The position numbers and the translations under genes are program-made. Positions 47,584 through 58,200 of a stretch of 64,000 nt of DNA are shown here, one piece after another. Each line of letters begins with the position of its first letter. The first letter of the stretch is position 1. The notes beneath the pieces were generated by a model. That model was not told where the DNA came from. It did no database searches and saw only the letters and a list, made by a program, of their open reading frames with translations. This DNA is from a virus: positions 87,951 to 151,950 of the IMG/VR virus record IMGVR_UViG_3300042566_002057; one strand, written 5' to 3'.

Positions 47584-49125
47584 ATGATAATTAAAAACAT
47601 ACACGAAAAACTTTTGTCTGGTATTCAGACAATGTTGATTGACACGAAAGTCAACCTTCCTTATTATGGTGAGTTCAACCTACACGTAAACTTCCACGAA
47701 CAAGACTCTATTGGTACTTGTGCAGTGAACGTAACTAGTAAAGGTATGAACTTTTTCTATTCACCAAAGTTCTTAGAAGATCTTTCTCAAAAAGAAGTAA
47801 ACTTTATTACTCTTCATGAAGACTTCCACTTACTCTTCAATCACCCACGAAGAACTGTGACTGGTCAATACGACCACAAACTTTCTAATATCGCTCAAGA
47901 CATGATTATCAATCACGTTATTTGGGAAGATATTCCACACGCTTTTGTTGAAATTCCAAAGAACAAAGATGGTAAGAACATGGCACTTTTTGTTCCTAAA
48001 GAGTACCAAGGTAAACTTATCTTTGAGGAACTATATGAGTGGTTGAAAGAAGAAAAAGATAAATGGCAGAAAGAGCAAAAACAAAACTCACAATGTCAGT
48101 CTTGTAACGGTTCCGGTAAGAAAGAACAAGGTCAACAAGGTCAAGGACAGAAAGACCAAAAACAAAAAGGTCAAAGTCAACAACCTGGTGATGGTCAAGG
48201 TCAGGGTGAAGGTGAGAAACAAGAAGGTCAAGGACAGGGTCAACAACCTGGTGATGGCCAAGGTCAAGGACAGAGTCAACAACCTGGTGATGGTCAAGGA
48301 AAAGGCGAGTCTTGTCCAGATTGTCAGGGAACTGGTAATGAAGGTGGTAAAGACTCTAGTGGAAAACCATCTTATGGTCCTTATGGTAAAAATCCATCTA
48401 AAGATGGTGAGTCATTAGATACTTGGTCTAAAGAACAAATCTTCCAAGATATGGAAAATGGTTCTGGTGAGTATATGGACAAACACATCGGTGATGATGT
48501 ACCGGAAGAAATGAGAGATGCGATGGTGAAAGATGTTATGGAGCGACTTGCGGCTCGTGGTCTTTCAGCAGGTAACATCGAACAAACTCTTAACAAACTT
48601 CGTAAGAAGCGTAAAGATTACTTGAAAGAGATTAAAAGAGCGGTATCAAATATGATTTTTGGTACTGTGAAACAAAAGACTATTGTTAAACCTAACCGTC
48701 GTCAAATCTCTGGATTGAAGGGTAATCGTAAAGTAAAAACCAAAATCAACTGTATCTTAGATACATCTGGTTCAATGGGTGGTACTTTTGAGAGAGTTCT
48801 TTCTTATGTTTATCGAAATGACATCGAAATCAATTTGATTGAGGCTGATACCGAAGTTAAATGGATTGAGAACATCAAGAACAAACGTAAGTTAGAGACA
48901 ATGGTGATTAAAGGTCTTGGTGGTACAATTCTACAACCAGCGATTGATTTAGTTGCTGACCAATTCAACGAGTACAACACTGTTGTGTTAACTGATGGTT
49001 ACTGTGATTCACTTGACCTTACTAAGATTAAAGGTAAAGTTCTACTAATCTCAATTGGTGTGAAAGTTCCAATTAGTCGAAGTAACGGTAAAGTTAAACA
49101 GATTATGGTTGAAAAAGAGAACTAA
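47584..49125 (+). CDS. DUF2201-type metallopeptidase-like plus VWA domain protein
   Basis: HEDFH (HExxH), NIAQDMIIN, DTSGSM MIDAS, GGT, LTDG. Confidence 0.8.
   Translation: MIIKNIHEKLLSGIQTMLIDTKVNLPYYGEFNLHVNFHEQDSIGTCAVNVTSKGMNFFYSPKFLEDLSQKEVNFITLHEDFHLLFNHPRRTVTGQYDHKLSNIAQDMIINHVIWEDIPHAFVEIPKNKDGKNMALFVPKEYQGKLIFEELYEWLKEEKDKWQKEQKQNSQCQSCNGSGKKEQGQQGQGQKDQKQKGQSQQPGDGQGQGEGEKQEGQGQGQQPGDGQGQGQSQQPGDGQGKGESCPDCQGTGNEGGKDSSGKPSYGPYGKNPSKDGESLDTWSKEQIFQDMENGSGEYMDKHIGDDVPEEMRDAMVKDVMERLAARGLSAGNIEQTLNKLRKKRKDYLKEIKRAVSNMIFGTVKQKTIVKPNRRQISGLKGNRKVKTKINCILDTSGSMGGTFERVLSYVYRNDIEINLIEADTEVKWIENIKNKRKLETMVIKGLGGTILQPAIDLVADQFNEYNTVVLTDGYCDSLDLTKIKGKVLLISIGVKVPISRSNGKVKQIMVEKEN
48178..48300 (+). 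repeat. Coding repeat QQPGDGQG x3
   Basis: CAACAACCTGGTGATGGYCAAGG at 48178, 48241 and 48277. Confidence 0.85.
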
Positions 49126-49130
49126 AAAGT

Positions 49131-49158
49131 GAGAGAGTTAAACTCTCTCTTTTTTTTT
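49131..49158 (+). terminator. Rho-independent terminator
   Basis: GAGAGAG-TTAAA-CTCTCTC plus T run. Confidence 0.7.
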
Positions 49159-49170
49159 CATATCATTATT

Positions 49171-49971
49171 ATGATATCTATTTTTTCATTAGTAAGGAAA
49201 CCATTCAATTTTGATACTTGGTTAGATTACCATATTAGTATTGGAGTTGATTACTTCTTCTTAAAAGTAGAAGACACACCTGAGTTAAAAGAACTATTAC
49301 AAAAATATCCTAATGTATTTCCAATATATGATGATGAAAGTAGTAAGTTAAACAATTACTGGACTCTTATAGATAGACAAAAAGATTTTTTTAATTCAAT
49401 TAAGTCTCAATTGGTAAATTTAAATATTGATTGGATTTTTCACATAGATTCTGATGAATTACTTTGTGTTGAAAATATAAAATCATTTTTATCAGAAGTA
49501 GATAACAAATATAACACTTTACATTTCAGTAACTATGAAGCTGTTTATGATAAAGACGACTTAGAAAATCCATTCATAAGTTGTAACAGATTTAGATTTC
49601 GTAAACTACTTGCTTATGCTAATGGAAAACCCGGTGCTAAAGTAATTGACGAATTAAGTTGGTCTGGTCCACATAGATTCAATGGAAACTGTTATGAGGT
49701 ACCACCAAAAAAAGCAGTTATATTACACTTTGAGTCACCAACTTTTACACAGTGGTATGAAAAGTTTAATACAAATTCTAATATAGAAAATGATTCACTT
49801 CAAAAGATACCATTCAACTTCTATAGAAAATCCATAGAAGTTATAAGAAGTGGTGATATTGAAATGTGTAAAGATTTTTATCGTAAAAATAAAATAGATG
49901 TTAGTGATAATATAATTAAAATATTCTGGACTCCTATGTTAAATAGTAAAAATATAAATTGGTCCTTATAG
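49171..49971 (+). CDS. GT-A fold glycosyltransferase (GT2/GT92-like)
   Basis: WLDYHISIGVDYF, WIFHIDSDE (DxD); start moved past the terminator. Confidence 0.75.
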   Translation: MISIFSLVRKPFNFDTWLDYHISIGVDYFFLKVEDTPELKELLQKYPNVFPIYDDESSKLNNYWTLIDRQKDFFNSIKSQLVNLNIDWIFHIDSDELLCVENIKSFLSEVDNKYNTLHFSNYEAVYDKDDLENPFISCNRFRFRKLLAYANGKPGAKVIDELSWSGPHRFNGNCYEVPPKKAVILHFESPTFTQWYEKFNTNSNIENDSLQKIPFNFYRKSIEVIRSGDIEMCKDFYRKNKIDVSDNIIKIFWTPMLNSKNINWSL

Positions 49972-50004
49972 AATTTTATCTAACTTTGCAAAAATATATA
50001 AATT

Positions 50005-50547
50005 ATGAAAGTAATATTTTTAGATCACGATGGTGTTGTTTGTTTGTCTACTGAATGGGGTGGTCGAAGTAAAAAGAAATTGAAATATCTGAAAGAATAT
50101 CCAGGTACTGAAAAAGTTCCTGTTGAGTTTAGATTAGACAACTTTAATAAAAAAGCAGTCGATATACTGAATGATATCTTAAAACAAACCGGCGCTGAAA
50201 TTATTGTTTCTTCTGATTGGAAAGGACATGCTACTTTAGAAGAATTAAAAGAAATGTATATTAAATATGGTGTTATTAAATCACCAATTGATGTTACTCC
50301 AAATCACTATTTTGGTAGATATGAATTAGAAATGACTAGATGTTCAGAGATTAAAGATTGGTTAGAAGAACATCCAGAGGTTACTCATTGGGTTGCTGTA
50401 GATGATTTAGATTTAAGTGAAAAGTTTGGTGCTATTTCCGGTAACTCGAATGGTGGATTAAAGAACTTTGTCCTAACACCAAAATCATCAGAGGGTATTA
50501 AACAATCCGGTATAAAAGAAAAAATACTTAAATTCCTAAATGATTAA
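50005..50547 (+). CDS. HAD-superfamily phosphatase (Swiss Army Knife RNA-repair type)
   Basis: IFLDHDGV, IIVSSDW, WVAVDD. Confidence 0.8.
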   Translation: MKVIFLDHDGVVCLSTEWGGRSKKKLKYLKEYPGTEKVPVEFRLDNFNKKAVDILNDILKQTGAEIIVSSDWKGHATLEELKEMYIKYGVIKSPIDVTPNHYFGRYELEMTRCSEIKDWLEEHPEVTHWVAVDDLDLSEKFGAISGNSNGGLKNFVLTPKSSEGIKQSGIKEKILKFLND

Positions 50548-51046
50548 TGTTTTAGAATTTGACCATTTACACGAATATAAACACGCTTGGAATATGTCAG
50601 CCCGAGCGTGTTATTATATTTTTGAAAATTTGAATCGTTGTTTAATACTTTATCGATACAAATTGTCAGATGGTTTTATTTGGCAAAGATTTGGTGTTAC
50701 CGAACCATCTAAAATTAAACTTGATAAGATAAGTAGTGATAGTTTATTTATTTTCCATTTAGACATCTATAAAGAATCCACAGAAGATTTATCTAAACTA
50801 TTAGACTTTTGTTTGGAGAATAATATTGATGTTTATATTCCAATTAAAAGTAATAACTCACCGGTAAAAGATGGGTATGATTACTCACATATTGATAAGA
50901 TACGAGAGACATTAGAACGATATGAAACGACAAGATATGACCTTACTAATATTTCTTATAATAATTCTAAAGAAATCGAAAAGTCTATTAATGAAGCTAC
51001 AAAGCCAATAATCAGAGATATAAATATTAAAAGACTATTAGATTAG
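50540..51046 (+). CDS. Hypothetical protein with C-terminal tag
   Basis: Ends IRDINIKRLLD. Confidence 0.7.
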   Translation: MINVLEFDHLHEYKHAWNMSARACYYIFENLNRCLILYRYKLSDGFIWQRFGVTEPSKIKLDKISSDSLFIFHLDIYKESTEDLSKLLDFCLENNIDVYIPIKSNNSPVKDGYDYSHIDKIRETLERYETTRYDLTNISYNNSKEIEKSINEATKPIIRDINIKRLLD

Positions 51047-51294
51047 TATTCAATCTTTTTAACGTCTTGTAGATCTACTGTATATTCTTTTCCATCAATA
51101 TCAACGGTGATTAAACCATCTTCATCCATATCGACTGGTCTTACACCATCAGTTGGATTATCCGGTAGATTGTGAACTATATCTGTATAAATTAGTCCAC
51201 CTTTTTTTATACAATTTATAACATCATCTTGTGTGATGAGAGTTCCTTCATCATTATTTTTCTTAAAGTCCTCAAATAAAAGTAATTTCCTCAT
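51043..51294 (-). CDS. Small protein with N-terminal capsid-targeting-like tag
   Basis: ATG 51294 gives MRKLLLFEDF; shares a TATATATA with the divergent gene at 51342. Confidence 0.65.
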   Translation of the reverse strand: MRKLLLFEDFKKNNDEGTLITQDDVINCIKKGGLIYTDIVHNLPDNPTDGVRPVDMDEDGLITVDIDGKEYTVDLQDVKKIEY

Positions 51295-51341
51295 CAAATT
51301 GCAAATGATTTTTAATATATATAAAAAAATTATAATTACAA

Positions 51342-53084
51342 ATGACATTAGACTGGAAAGGTGGTTGGTCAGGACCTTCTACAAGTTTGATTACCTATTA
51401 TACAAATGACTTAGTCTCATATAATAATATAATTTACATAGTAAAATCTAATGTGATTTCTGTGCCTATTGGTTCATCAAGTCCAGACCTGGATATGAGT
51501 AATTGGGAGGTCTTCGTATCTGGTGGTGTCGCTGGTTCATCAGGTTCATCAGGTACGTCTGGTAGTGGTGGAGGTGGCACCAGTAGTGGTGGGACCATAG
51601 GTCCTGCGGAAGATGGTGACTATACTGATGGTATTTTCACAGACTTTACCTCATCAACGCCTATCGGCACAGCAATAGATAGATTTAATGAAGTATTATT
51701 ACTTTTAGCACCTACACCTCCTTCTGACTGGAACAACTCTATAACAAGTATAGGTTTTTCAAGTACCTCTTACACTTCAAGATCATTAACCAGTGGTTCA
51801 ACAGTAACAATCTACACGGATACTACACCTGATCTAACAAACTCAGATAATGTCAGTACTCAAGCAAATGCTAAAGTTGATACCTCAGGTCTTACTTTTT
51901 CATTAGTTGATCAAGGACTTACAATAGAAACTGTTACGTTAGCAGGGACAGCAACTCCGTTGAAGAGTTCAGGTAACATCAGACACAGCACATCTGGGGA
52001 TCCTTATACTGGGGTATCCGGCAAATCTGGATTCTGGACCGGTATAACTGACTTTTCTTTGGCTGGTAGTTTACCAACAATAACACCATCATCTAATCAG
52101 AGGACGATTCAGTTATTTCACCCAGGTAACGACTCACCAGAAACTTTTACATATTATATTGATACACCTCTAACACCTTCGATAACTTCACTAACTTGTA
52201 GTATACCTTCAATGACGGGTTATGTATCAGGTGTACCAACTTTGGCATCTGGTCAGTCAATTACAAATGTCTCGTTTAGTATTCCAAATGTATCAAGTTA
52301 TTTCTACTCATCAAGTCCAGTTTGGTTGGTTACACAAAACTTAGTAAACTCAAGCTCTGGTGATGTTGATTCAATTCCGACATCTTATGGACAAACTGGA
52401 TCAGTGACCGAGAAAACATTGACTATTAGAAGTGGTGTATTTAGTGACTTAAGTTTTTCTTTTGTTGTAACACCAAGAAACTCTATCTCAAGTAGTGGAA
52501 CTACTGGTACTCTTACTTCTAACTCTCATAGAGTTGATACGACATCTAGTGAGACCTCAAGAAAAACATCTGGTTCTGGTAGTTATCCAGCATCTGGATA
52601 CAACGGTGTCTATGACTCAACGGAGTCTTTAGTTGGTAATTATACAACTGAATTACAACTTAGAAATGGTATATATGTTTATCCGTCTATTAATTACACA
52701 TCCGTAGATGGACCTGATTATTCATCCGCGACTGGTACGAGATGGGCTACTTTTAACTTAGGCACATTTACAAATAATAGTTCATTTACTTTGACTATAA
52801 ACGGTTCTTCAGGGATAACATCAATTGGTCAGGCTAATTTATTGATAGAGGTGAAAATTGAAGGAGCTACTTACTGGGTAGATGGGGATGCGGCATATTC
52901 TGGTGTTGGAAACCCTGGTTCCACTACTGACGGTGTTGCTGCGGTAATATCAGCATCATCAACAGCAACTTCAAGAAGAATTACTTTTGGTGCGGTAACT
53001 TATTCAGGTTCTATAATAGTGAGAATTGGTTTTACTAGCACTGGTTTACAATTTACGAGTCTAAGTGCAGGATCGATAGTATAA
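51342..53084 (+). CDS. Ser/Thr/Gly-rich virion structural (fibre-like) protein
   Basis: WKGGW..Y..NDLVSYN module, SSGTSG linker, beta-rich composition. Confidence 0.65.
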   Translation: MTLDWKGGWSGPSTSLITYYTNDLVSYNNIIYIVKSNVISVPIGSSSPDLDMSNWEVFVSGGVAGSSGSSGTSGSGGGGTSSGGTIGPAEDGDYTDGIFTDFTSSTPIGTAIDRFNEVLLLLAPTPPSDWNNSITSIGFSSTSYTSRSLTSGSTVTIYTDTTPDLTNSDNVSTQANAKVDTSGLTFSLVDQGLTIETVTLAGTATPLKSSGNIRHSTSGDPYTGVSGKSGFWTGITDFSLAGSLPTITPSSNQRTIQLFHPGNDSPETFTYYIDTPLTPSITSLTCSIPSMTGYVSGVPTLASGQSITNVSFSIPNVSSYFYSSSPVWLVTQNLVNSSSGDVDSIPTSYGQTGSVTEKTLTIRSGVFSDLSFSFVVTPRNSISSSGTTGTLTSNSHRVDTTSSETSRKTSGSGSYPASGYNGVYDSTESLVGNYTTELQLRNGIYVYPSINYTSVDGPDYSSATGTRWATFNLGTFTNNSSFTLTINGSSGITSIGQANLLIEVKIEGATYWVDGDAAYSGVGNPGSTTDGVAAVISASSTATSRRITFGAVTYSGSIIVRIGFTSTGLQFTSLSAGSIV

Positions 53085-53105
53085 AAAAATTATTAATAAA
53101 AAAGA

Positions 53106-54983
53106 ATGGCATTAACATCATCACAAATAGCAAGTAGATTATTTAAGAAATCTCTTAATGCAGGTGAGACACTTGTTACAAGACAGTTCTTTGAGGAGCC
53201 AAGATTGGGAGGACCATTTATTTTTTCAGACCAAATATGGGCTGAATCTGGTTCGATACCAAGTACAGCTCCAGTCTTAAGTAATGGAGCATCACAGGGT
53301 GTTGTTCGGTATTTTGAGAAGTTATCTTTAGATCATGTCGCTGGTTCTAACAACTTAGCTTATTATAGTGCAAATTTAGTTGATTCTATTCCGTTTAACT
53401 ATGGTACAAGTGGTACTTATAACTATCAACTTTACAAAAGTGATGGATCGACTGCTATTGCTTTTGGTGAAGGAGATTGGTTGATAGATAACTCTGCTGG
53501 TCTTTTGACTTTTTACGGTACACTACCTTCATCTGTATCGTCGGCTGCTCCTCCAAAAGTATCTTTTTATAAATACATAGGATCTAAAGGTATTTCAGGT
53601 GTATCGGGTACAGGAAGTGGTACTCCTGGTTCCAGTGGATCATCTGGAACATCTGGATCATCTGGTTCCAGTGGATCATCTGGAACATCTGGATCATCTG
53701 GAACATCTGGATCATCTGGTTCCAGTGGATCATCTGGAACATCTGGATCATCTGGAACATCTGGATCATCTGGTTCCAGTGGATCATCTGGAACATCTGG
53801 ATCATCTGGTTCCAGTGGATCATCTGGAACATCTGGATCATCTGGTTCCAGTGGATCATCTGGAACATCTGGTGTATCCGGTGGTGGTTCACAATCTTTA
53901 GAACAAACTTTATCAATTGGTAACTACGTTGGTACTTATCAAATAATTGGAAATCCAACTACTAGTAGGTATTCTATTTTAGACCTAAATTCATCTGGTT
54001 TCGCCAATGGTTTTAGACTGAGAGTGTCTGCTACAACATCTAATCCACCACCTGCTTATATGTTAAATAGTTTGAGTAGTCAACCGTATTCAGCTATATC
54101 TGGTGAAAGTGATGGTAATACGACATACTTAGATATAGCAGCTGTTGGTACTTCATCAAATGCTTACATATCGTTAAATCAAGACAGGGCTTTAATTTCT
54201 TATAAAACCTTAAGTGGAAGTCCACAACCACAAATTTTGATAACATCAACTAGTTCAAGAATTACAGGAACTTCAGGATTTATTAACAACGCTGTTTTTC
54301 AAGATGCCATCATAATAACAGGAATAACAAATTCAATATTATCCACTGATGATAACGGAAGGATTGTGGCTACATCTTCTTCAGCTGGTTCTTCTGGAAC
54401 AAGCGGAACCTCCTTCAATTGGGAAAGTACTTGGTCTAATTTAACAACTTATCAACAAAATGATGTGGTTAGTTATAATGGTTCTGTATACATATGTCTA
54501 AATTCTGTTGGACCAACTGCTTCTAATCCATCTTCGGATGTTACAAATTGGGAGTTGATGGTTACTTCTGGATCTTCTGGAAGCTCAGGTACATCAGGTG
54601 GTGGAGGTGGAACTGGAAGTGGAGGTTCAACTACAGGAAATATAGTATTGACACTTGATGGACAAGGTGGTGTTGTTTCTATTGGTCAAAAAGGTTACAC
54701 TCAAATACAATATAGTGGTACAATTACTGGATATAGTATAATAGCAAGTCCTACTGGTTCTGTAAGTTTTGATGTATGGAGAAGAAGTGGGAGTTTACCA
54801 ACCTCTTCTGATTCTATAGTTAGTAATAATTATCCAGGTCTGACTGGTGGTTCTACATTTTCTACAACAAATCTTACAGGATGGACAACATCATTTTCAT
54901 CAGGTGACTATTTTGGGTGGAATGTTAGAAGTTCCGCAACATCAAGTTTTGTAAGATTAGAATTAACTACACTTAAAAATTAA
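53106..54983 (+). CDS. Fibre-like virion protein with long GSS/GTS repeat
   Basis: 27 Gly-X-Ser triplets; WESTW..YQQNDVVSYNG module. Confidence 0.7.
   Translation: MALTSSQIASRLFKKSLNAGETLVTRQFFEEPRLGGPFIFSDQIWAESGSIPSTAPVLSNGASQGVVRYFEKLSLDHVAGSNNLAYYSANLVDSIPFNYGTSGTYNYQLYKSDGSTAIAFGEGDWLIDNSAGLLTFYGTLPSSVSSAAPPKVSFYKYIGSKGISGVSGTGSGTPGSSGSSGTSGSSGSSGSSGTSGSSGTSGSSGSSGSSGTSGSSGTSGSSGSSGSSGTSGSSGSSGSSGTSGSSGSSGSSGTSGVSGGGSQSLEQTLSIGNYVGTYQIIGNPTTSRYSILDLNSSGFANGFRLRVSATTSNPPPAYMLNSLSSQPYSAISGESDGNTTYLDIAAVGTSSNAYISLNQDRALISYKTLSGSPQPQILITSTSSRITGTSGFINNAVFQDAIIITGITNSILSTDDNGRIVATSSSAGSSGTSGTSFNWESTWSNLTTYQQNDVVSYNGSVYICLNSVGPTASNPSSDVTNWELMVTSGSSGSSGTSGGGGGTGSGGSTTGNIVLTLDGQGGVVSIGQKGYTQIQYSGTITGYSIIASPTGSVSFDVWRRSGSLPTSSDSIVSNNYPGLTGGSTFSTTNLTGWTTSFSSGDYFGWNVRSSATSSFVRLELTTLKN
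53628..53870 (+). repeat. 27 x 9-bp coding tandem repeat with higher-order structure
   Basis: Units GGTTCCAGT (A), GGATCATCT (B), GGAACATCT (C) in order ABCB ABCBCB ABCBCB ABCB ABCB ABC. Confidence 0.95.
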
Positions 54984-54994
54984 TATTTAGTAAG

Positions 54995-55237
54995 ATGACT
55001 TATAGTATAATTTCAGAAAGGAAAGAGGAAAGATATATTGATGTGGAGATTGATTGGATTGATAATGAAACTCCTGTTATTGAAACTCAATATCAGTTTA
55101 CAACTTGGACTTTAGTTGAATTTGATTTTGATGGAGTGAAAAAGATAGTAGATATACCACATTTTATGACTGAAGATTCTACTAAGATAAATCAGAATAT
55201 AGAGGGAAGATCAATCTCTGAAATAAATAGTTTATAA
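54995..55237 (+). CDS. Small hypothetical protein (possible fibre accessory)
   Basis: 80-aa ORF between fibre-like genes. Confidence 0.6.
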   Translation: MTYSIISERKEERYIDVEIDWIDNETPVIETQYQFTTWTLVEFDFDGVKKIVDIPHFMTEDSTKINQNIEGRSISEINSL

Positions 55238-55241
55238 TAAT

Positions 55242-58200
55242 ATGGCGGTTAAAACAGTATCAAATACAGGAGGAAATTGGAACTCAGCTGCTACCTGGTC
55301 ACCTAGTGGTGTTCCTTCTACAACAGCGGATAACGTTGTTTTTACTTCAACTTCAGGTCCACTGACCATTTCAGCAACTGCTACTATAGAGAATATCAAC
55401 TTTTCTAACTATCAAAATACAGTTACATTCAACTGGCCACTACAAGTCACTGGAGCATTCAATCTTGGAACTGAAAGTTATACAATGAGTTTTGATTCTA
55501 CTTTAGATGCATCAGGAAGACCCAGAGGTAGAATAAGACATACAGATACAGCAACAATTACAACTAATAATAGACCTTGGCAAACGCCTTGGCAATTTTA
55601 TGGCACAACAGAAACGGTTACTCTTTCTGGTAATTTGATTTTAGAACAAAATTTTTATCTTTCTCATACCGGAACTCTAACACTTAGTGGTGGTAGTATA
55701 ATAACTAGAAAAAATTTAATAGTGGATTCAACTGGTGGTATAACAACAGGAGGTGCTACTATATCAATGTCGCCTACAATTTATGGCACTTGGTCAAGTT
55801 CTGGTGGTGTTTTAAGAAATAATTTAATATTAGAACCAGCTACCGCATCTGCTTACATATATATAGGAAAAGATGTTTACTATGGTCAAAGAACTATATA
55901 CAGTGGAAATACTACTACTTTTACAACAACTGGACCAGAGTATCTTTATTCTGATAATATCATAGCGGATAACAGCACACTTCACTTAGAAACTTCTTGT
56001 GCTATGAATAATGGGGTGTATTGGAATAAAGTTTTAGTTGATAATGCATCTGTTACACTAAGACTTTGGAATACCTTCAGAATTTCTGGAACATTGAGTG
56101 TAGAAGCTACTGGATTTTCACTAACAGCTAGCTCCTTTACTGGTAGTGGTATGTTATATTATGATGGAGACACCTCATTTGGAGATAGAAATGGTCAAAT
56201 TAGTGGTGATTTGGTAATTGCTCCAGTAACAGCTGCTATAACTTTTACTCAGTTGTGGGCTGGTACTGAAAATCTCTTTAATCCAGGATTGTATGTTAGA
56301 GATGCTTTTATTGGTAGTGATGCTGGATTTAACTCAACAGTTAACAGAGGTAATATATATGTTCTTAGAAATCTAATTATAAGTAATCCTACATATGATA
56401 GTGCTCAAATAATAAGTGGAACGACTCAATTTGTTTTGACTGGTACTCAGTCTGGGTGTATACATTCTTTTTATAAACCATCATTGGGATATGGTGGACC
56501 AACCTATCCTACTCTAAGAAACAACATCACTATACAAAAGTTTGGAGGAACTTTATACTTAGGAGAACTTCTTTATCAAACTGGTACAATTACCTATACA
56601 GCCGGAACTCTTGTAAATGGTGTGACATTTTCTAATGTTGGATTATCTGGTTTTTTTATTTCTTATTCTAAACAAAGACTAATCATAAATAACACAGCAG
56701 CAACAATTAATGTCAATGGTCATAACTGGGATATTATTCAGTTAGGATATAGATGGAATGAGCCTGCTAATATGTCAAGAAACTTAACATATGACTGGAT
56801 TACTAATGAGCTTTGGTGGGGTCCTGTGTCTTACATAGAGTTATCTGGTACATATTCTATGTATGTTAGAAGAAGACTGGTTGGTGGTGATTATGATGTT
56901 GCTGATTATTCATTAACTCAGCTAACTGGTTCGGCTTCAATCTATTTAGGTGATAAGGATTCTATATCTTCAAGTGATATTGAAATCGGTACTAAGTATG
57001 GATATGGTACATATAGCGGTAGTCCTATAATGAATGCCTTCGTTAGTAATCCAATAACAATCAATACAACTGGAAAATTAAAAATGTACACTAGTAGTAC
57101 TAATTTTGGACATTTTAGGTATTATAAAAATACGTCTATAAGTAATAGTGGAAACTTCAGATGTTTATCAGGAACTACTAACTTTAGATCATTAGATTTA
57201 TTTGAAATATACTCAGATTCTTTTACTAGTAATGTAAATCTTACACCTAATTCACTAACTTTTAGTAGTTTATTAATTTATGCAACTGGTAGTAATGATT
57301 TAAATCTTTATTTAGGTTCTTCTCTTACAGCAAGTTCAATTACTTTTGAACCATATGAAAGTAGAACTTTAGTCTCTGGTCTTGGCTCTATATCCTCTTC
57401 AGCAGATATAAATATTATAGCCACTGGATCTACTATATATGCTGACACAATTAACTTTGAAAGTCCTGGAACTGTTACTTATACAGACTCAACTATTACT
57501 GATGAGAAACTAATATGTAGAGATTTAAAATTCACAAGCCCTGTTTACCTGTATAATACAATAGATGATATATCTCTGTCTGATGTTGGTGCTGCGTCTA
57601 GTACTATTACTCATCCGACTATATTTATGTCTAATGGTACTTACAGTGTTGAAACTAATTGTAAAATATCAGGAACTACATATGTTTTAGGTGATTCAAC
57701 ACTTTACTGGAGACCTGGTAATATAGGACTTCAAAGTGGTACACTGCATATAGGCAGTACTACCTCTTCAGATACTACATATTTCAAAGGAGATATAAGA
57801 GCATCAGGAACATGGAGATTTACTAATAAAATAACAACAGGAGGAACTGTTAGTTTTGGAACTTCTAGTTTTTATCTCTATGATGATATCAGTTATTTTT
57901 GGTATTTAACTGATAAAATAAGATTTAATAATTTTTATTTTGTTGGTAATCTATATAGTAATTCATCACTTACATATACATCTATATTATCGCCATATTA
58001 TGGTACCTTTAGTGCTAATAATTTTACACTATCTCCAAGATATTTTACAAAAGCTCTTGAATTAGGTACTAATACTGTATTAGATTCTGTTTTCACAATA
58101 GGAACACTTTCATTTGCCACTTCATCTGGTTTCACATTGGGTGTTGTTAGATATAGAAATATACCTAATACCATAGATTATTCTACTAGTCTTTATATAG

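Noticed and set aside
2953-51046. C-terminal tag as a mobile DNA repeat or recombination site
   Set aside because: Nucleotide sequences differ at synonymous and non-core positions; no fixed DNA repeat is visible.
53584-53958. Repetitive alternative-frame ORFs (MIQMFQ.. on minus, DHLEHL.. on plus) and a possible CRISPR array
   Set aside because: By-products of the 9-bp Gly-X-Ser coding repeat; there are no unique spacers and no cas genes.
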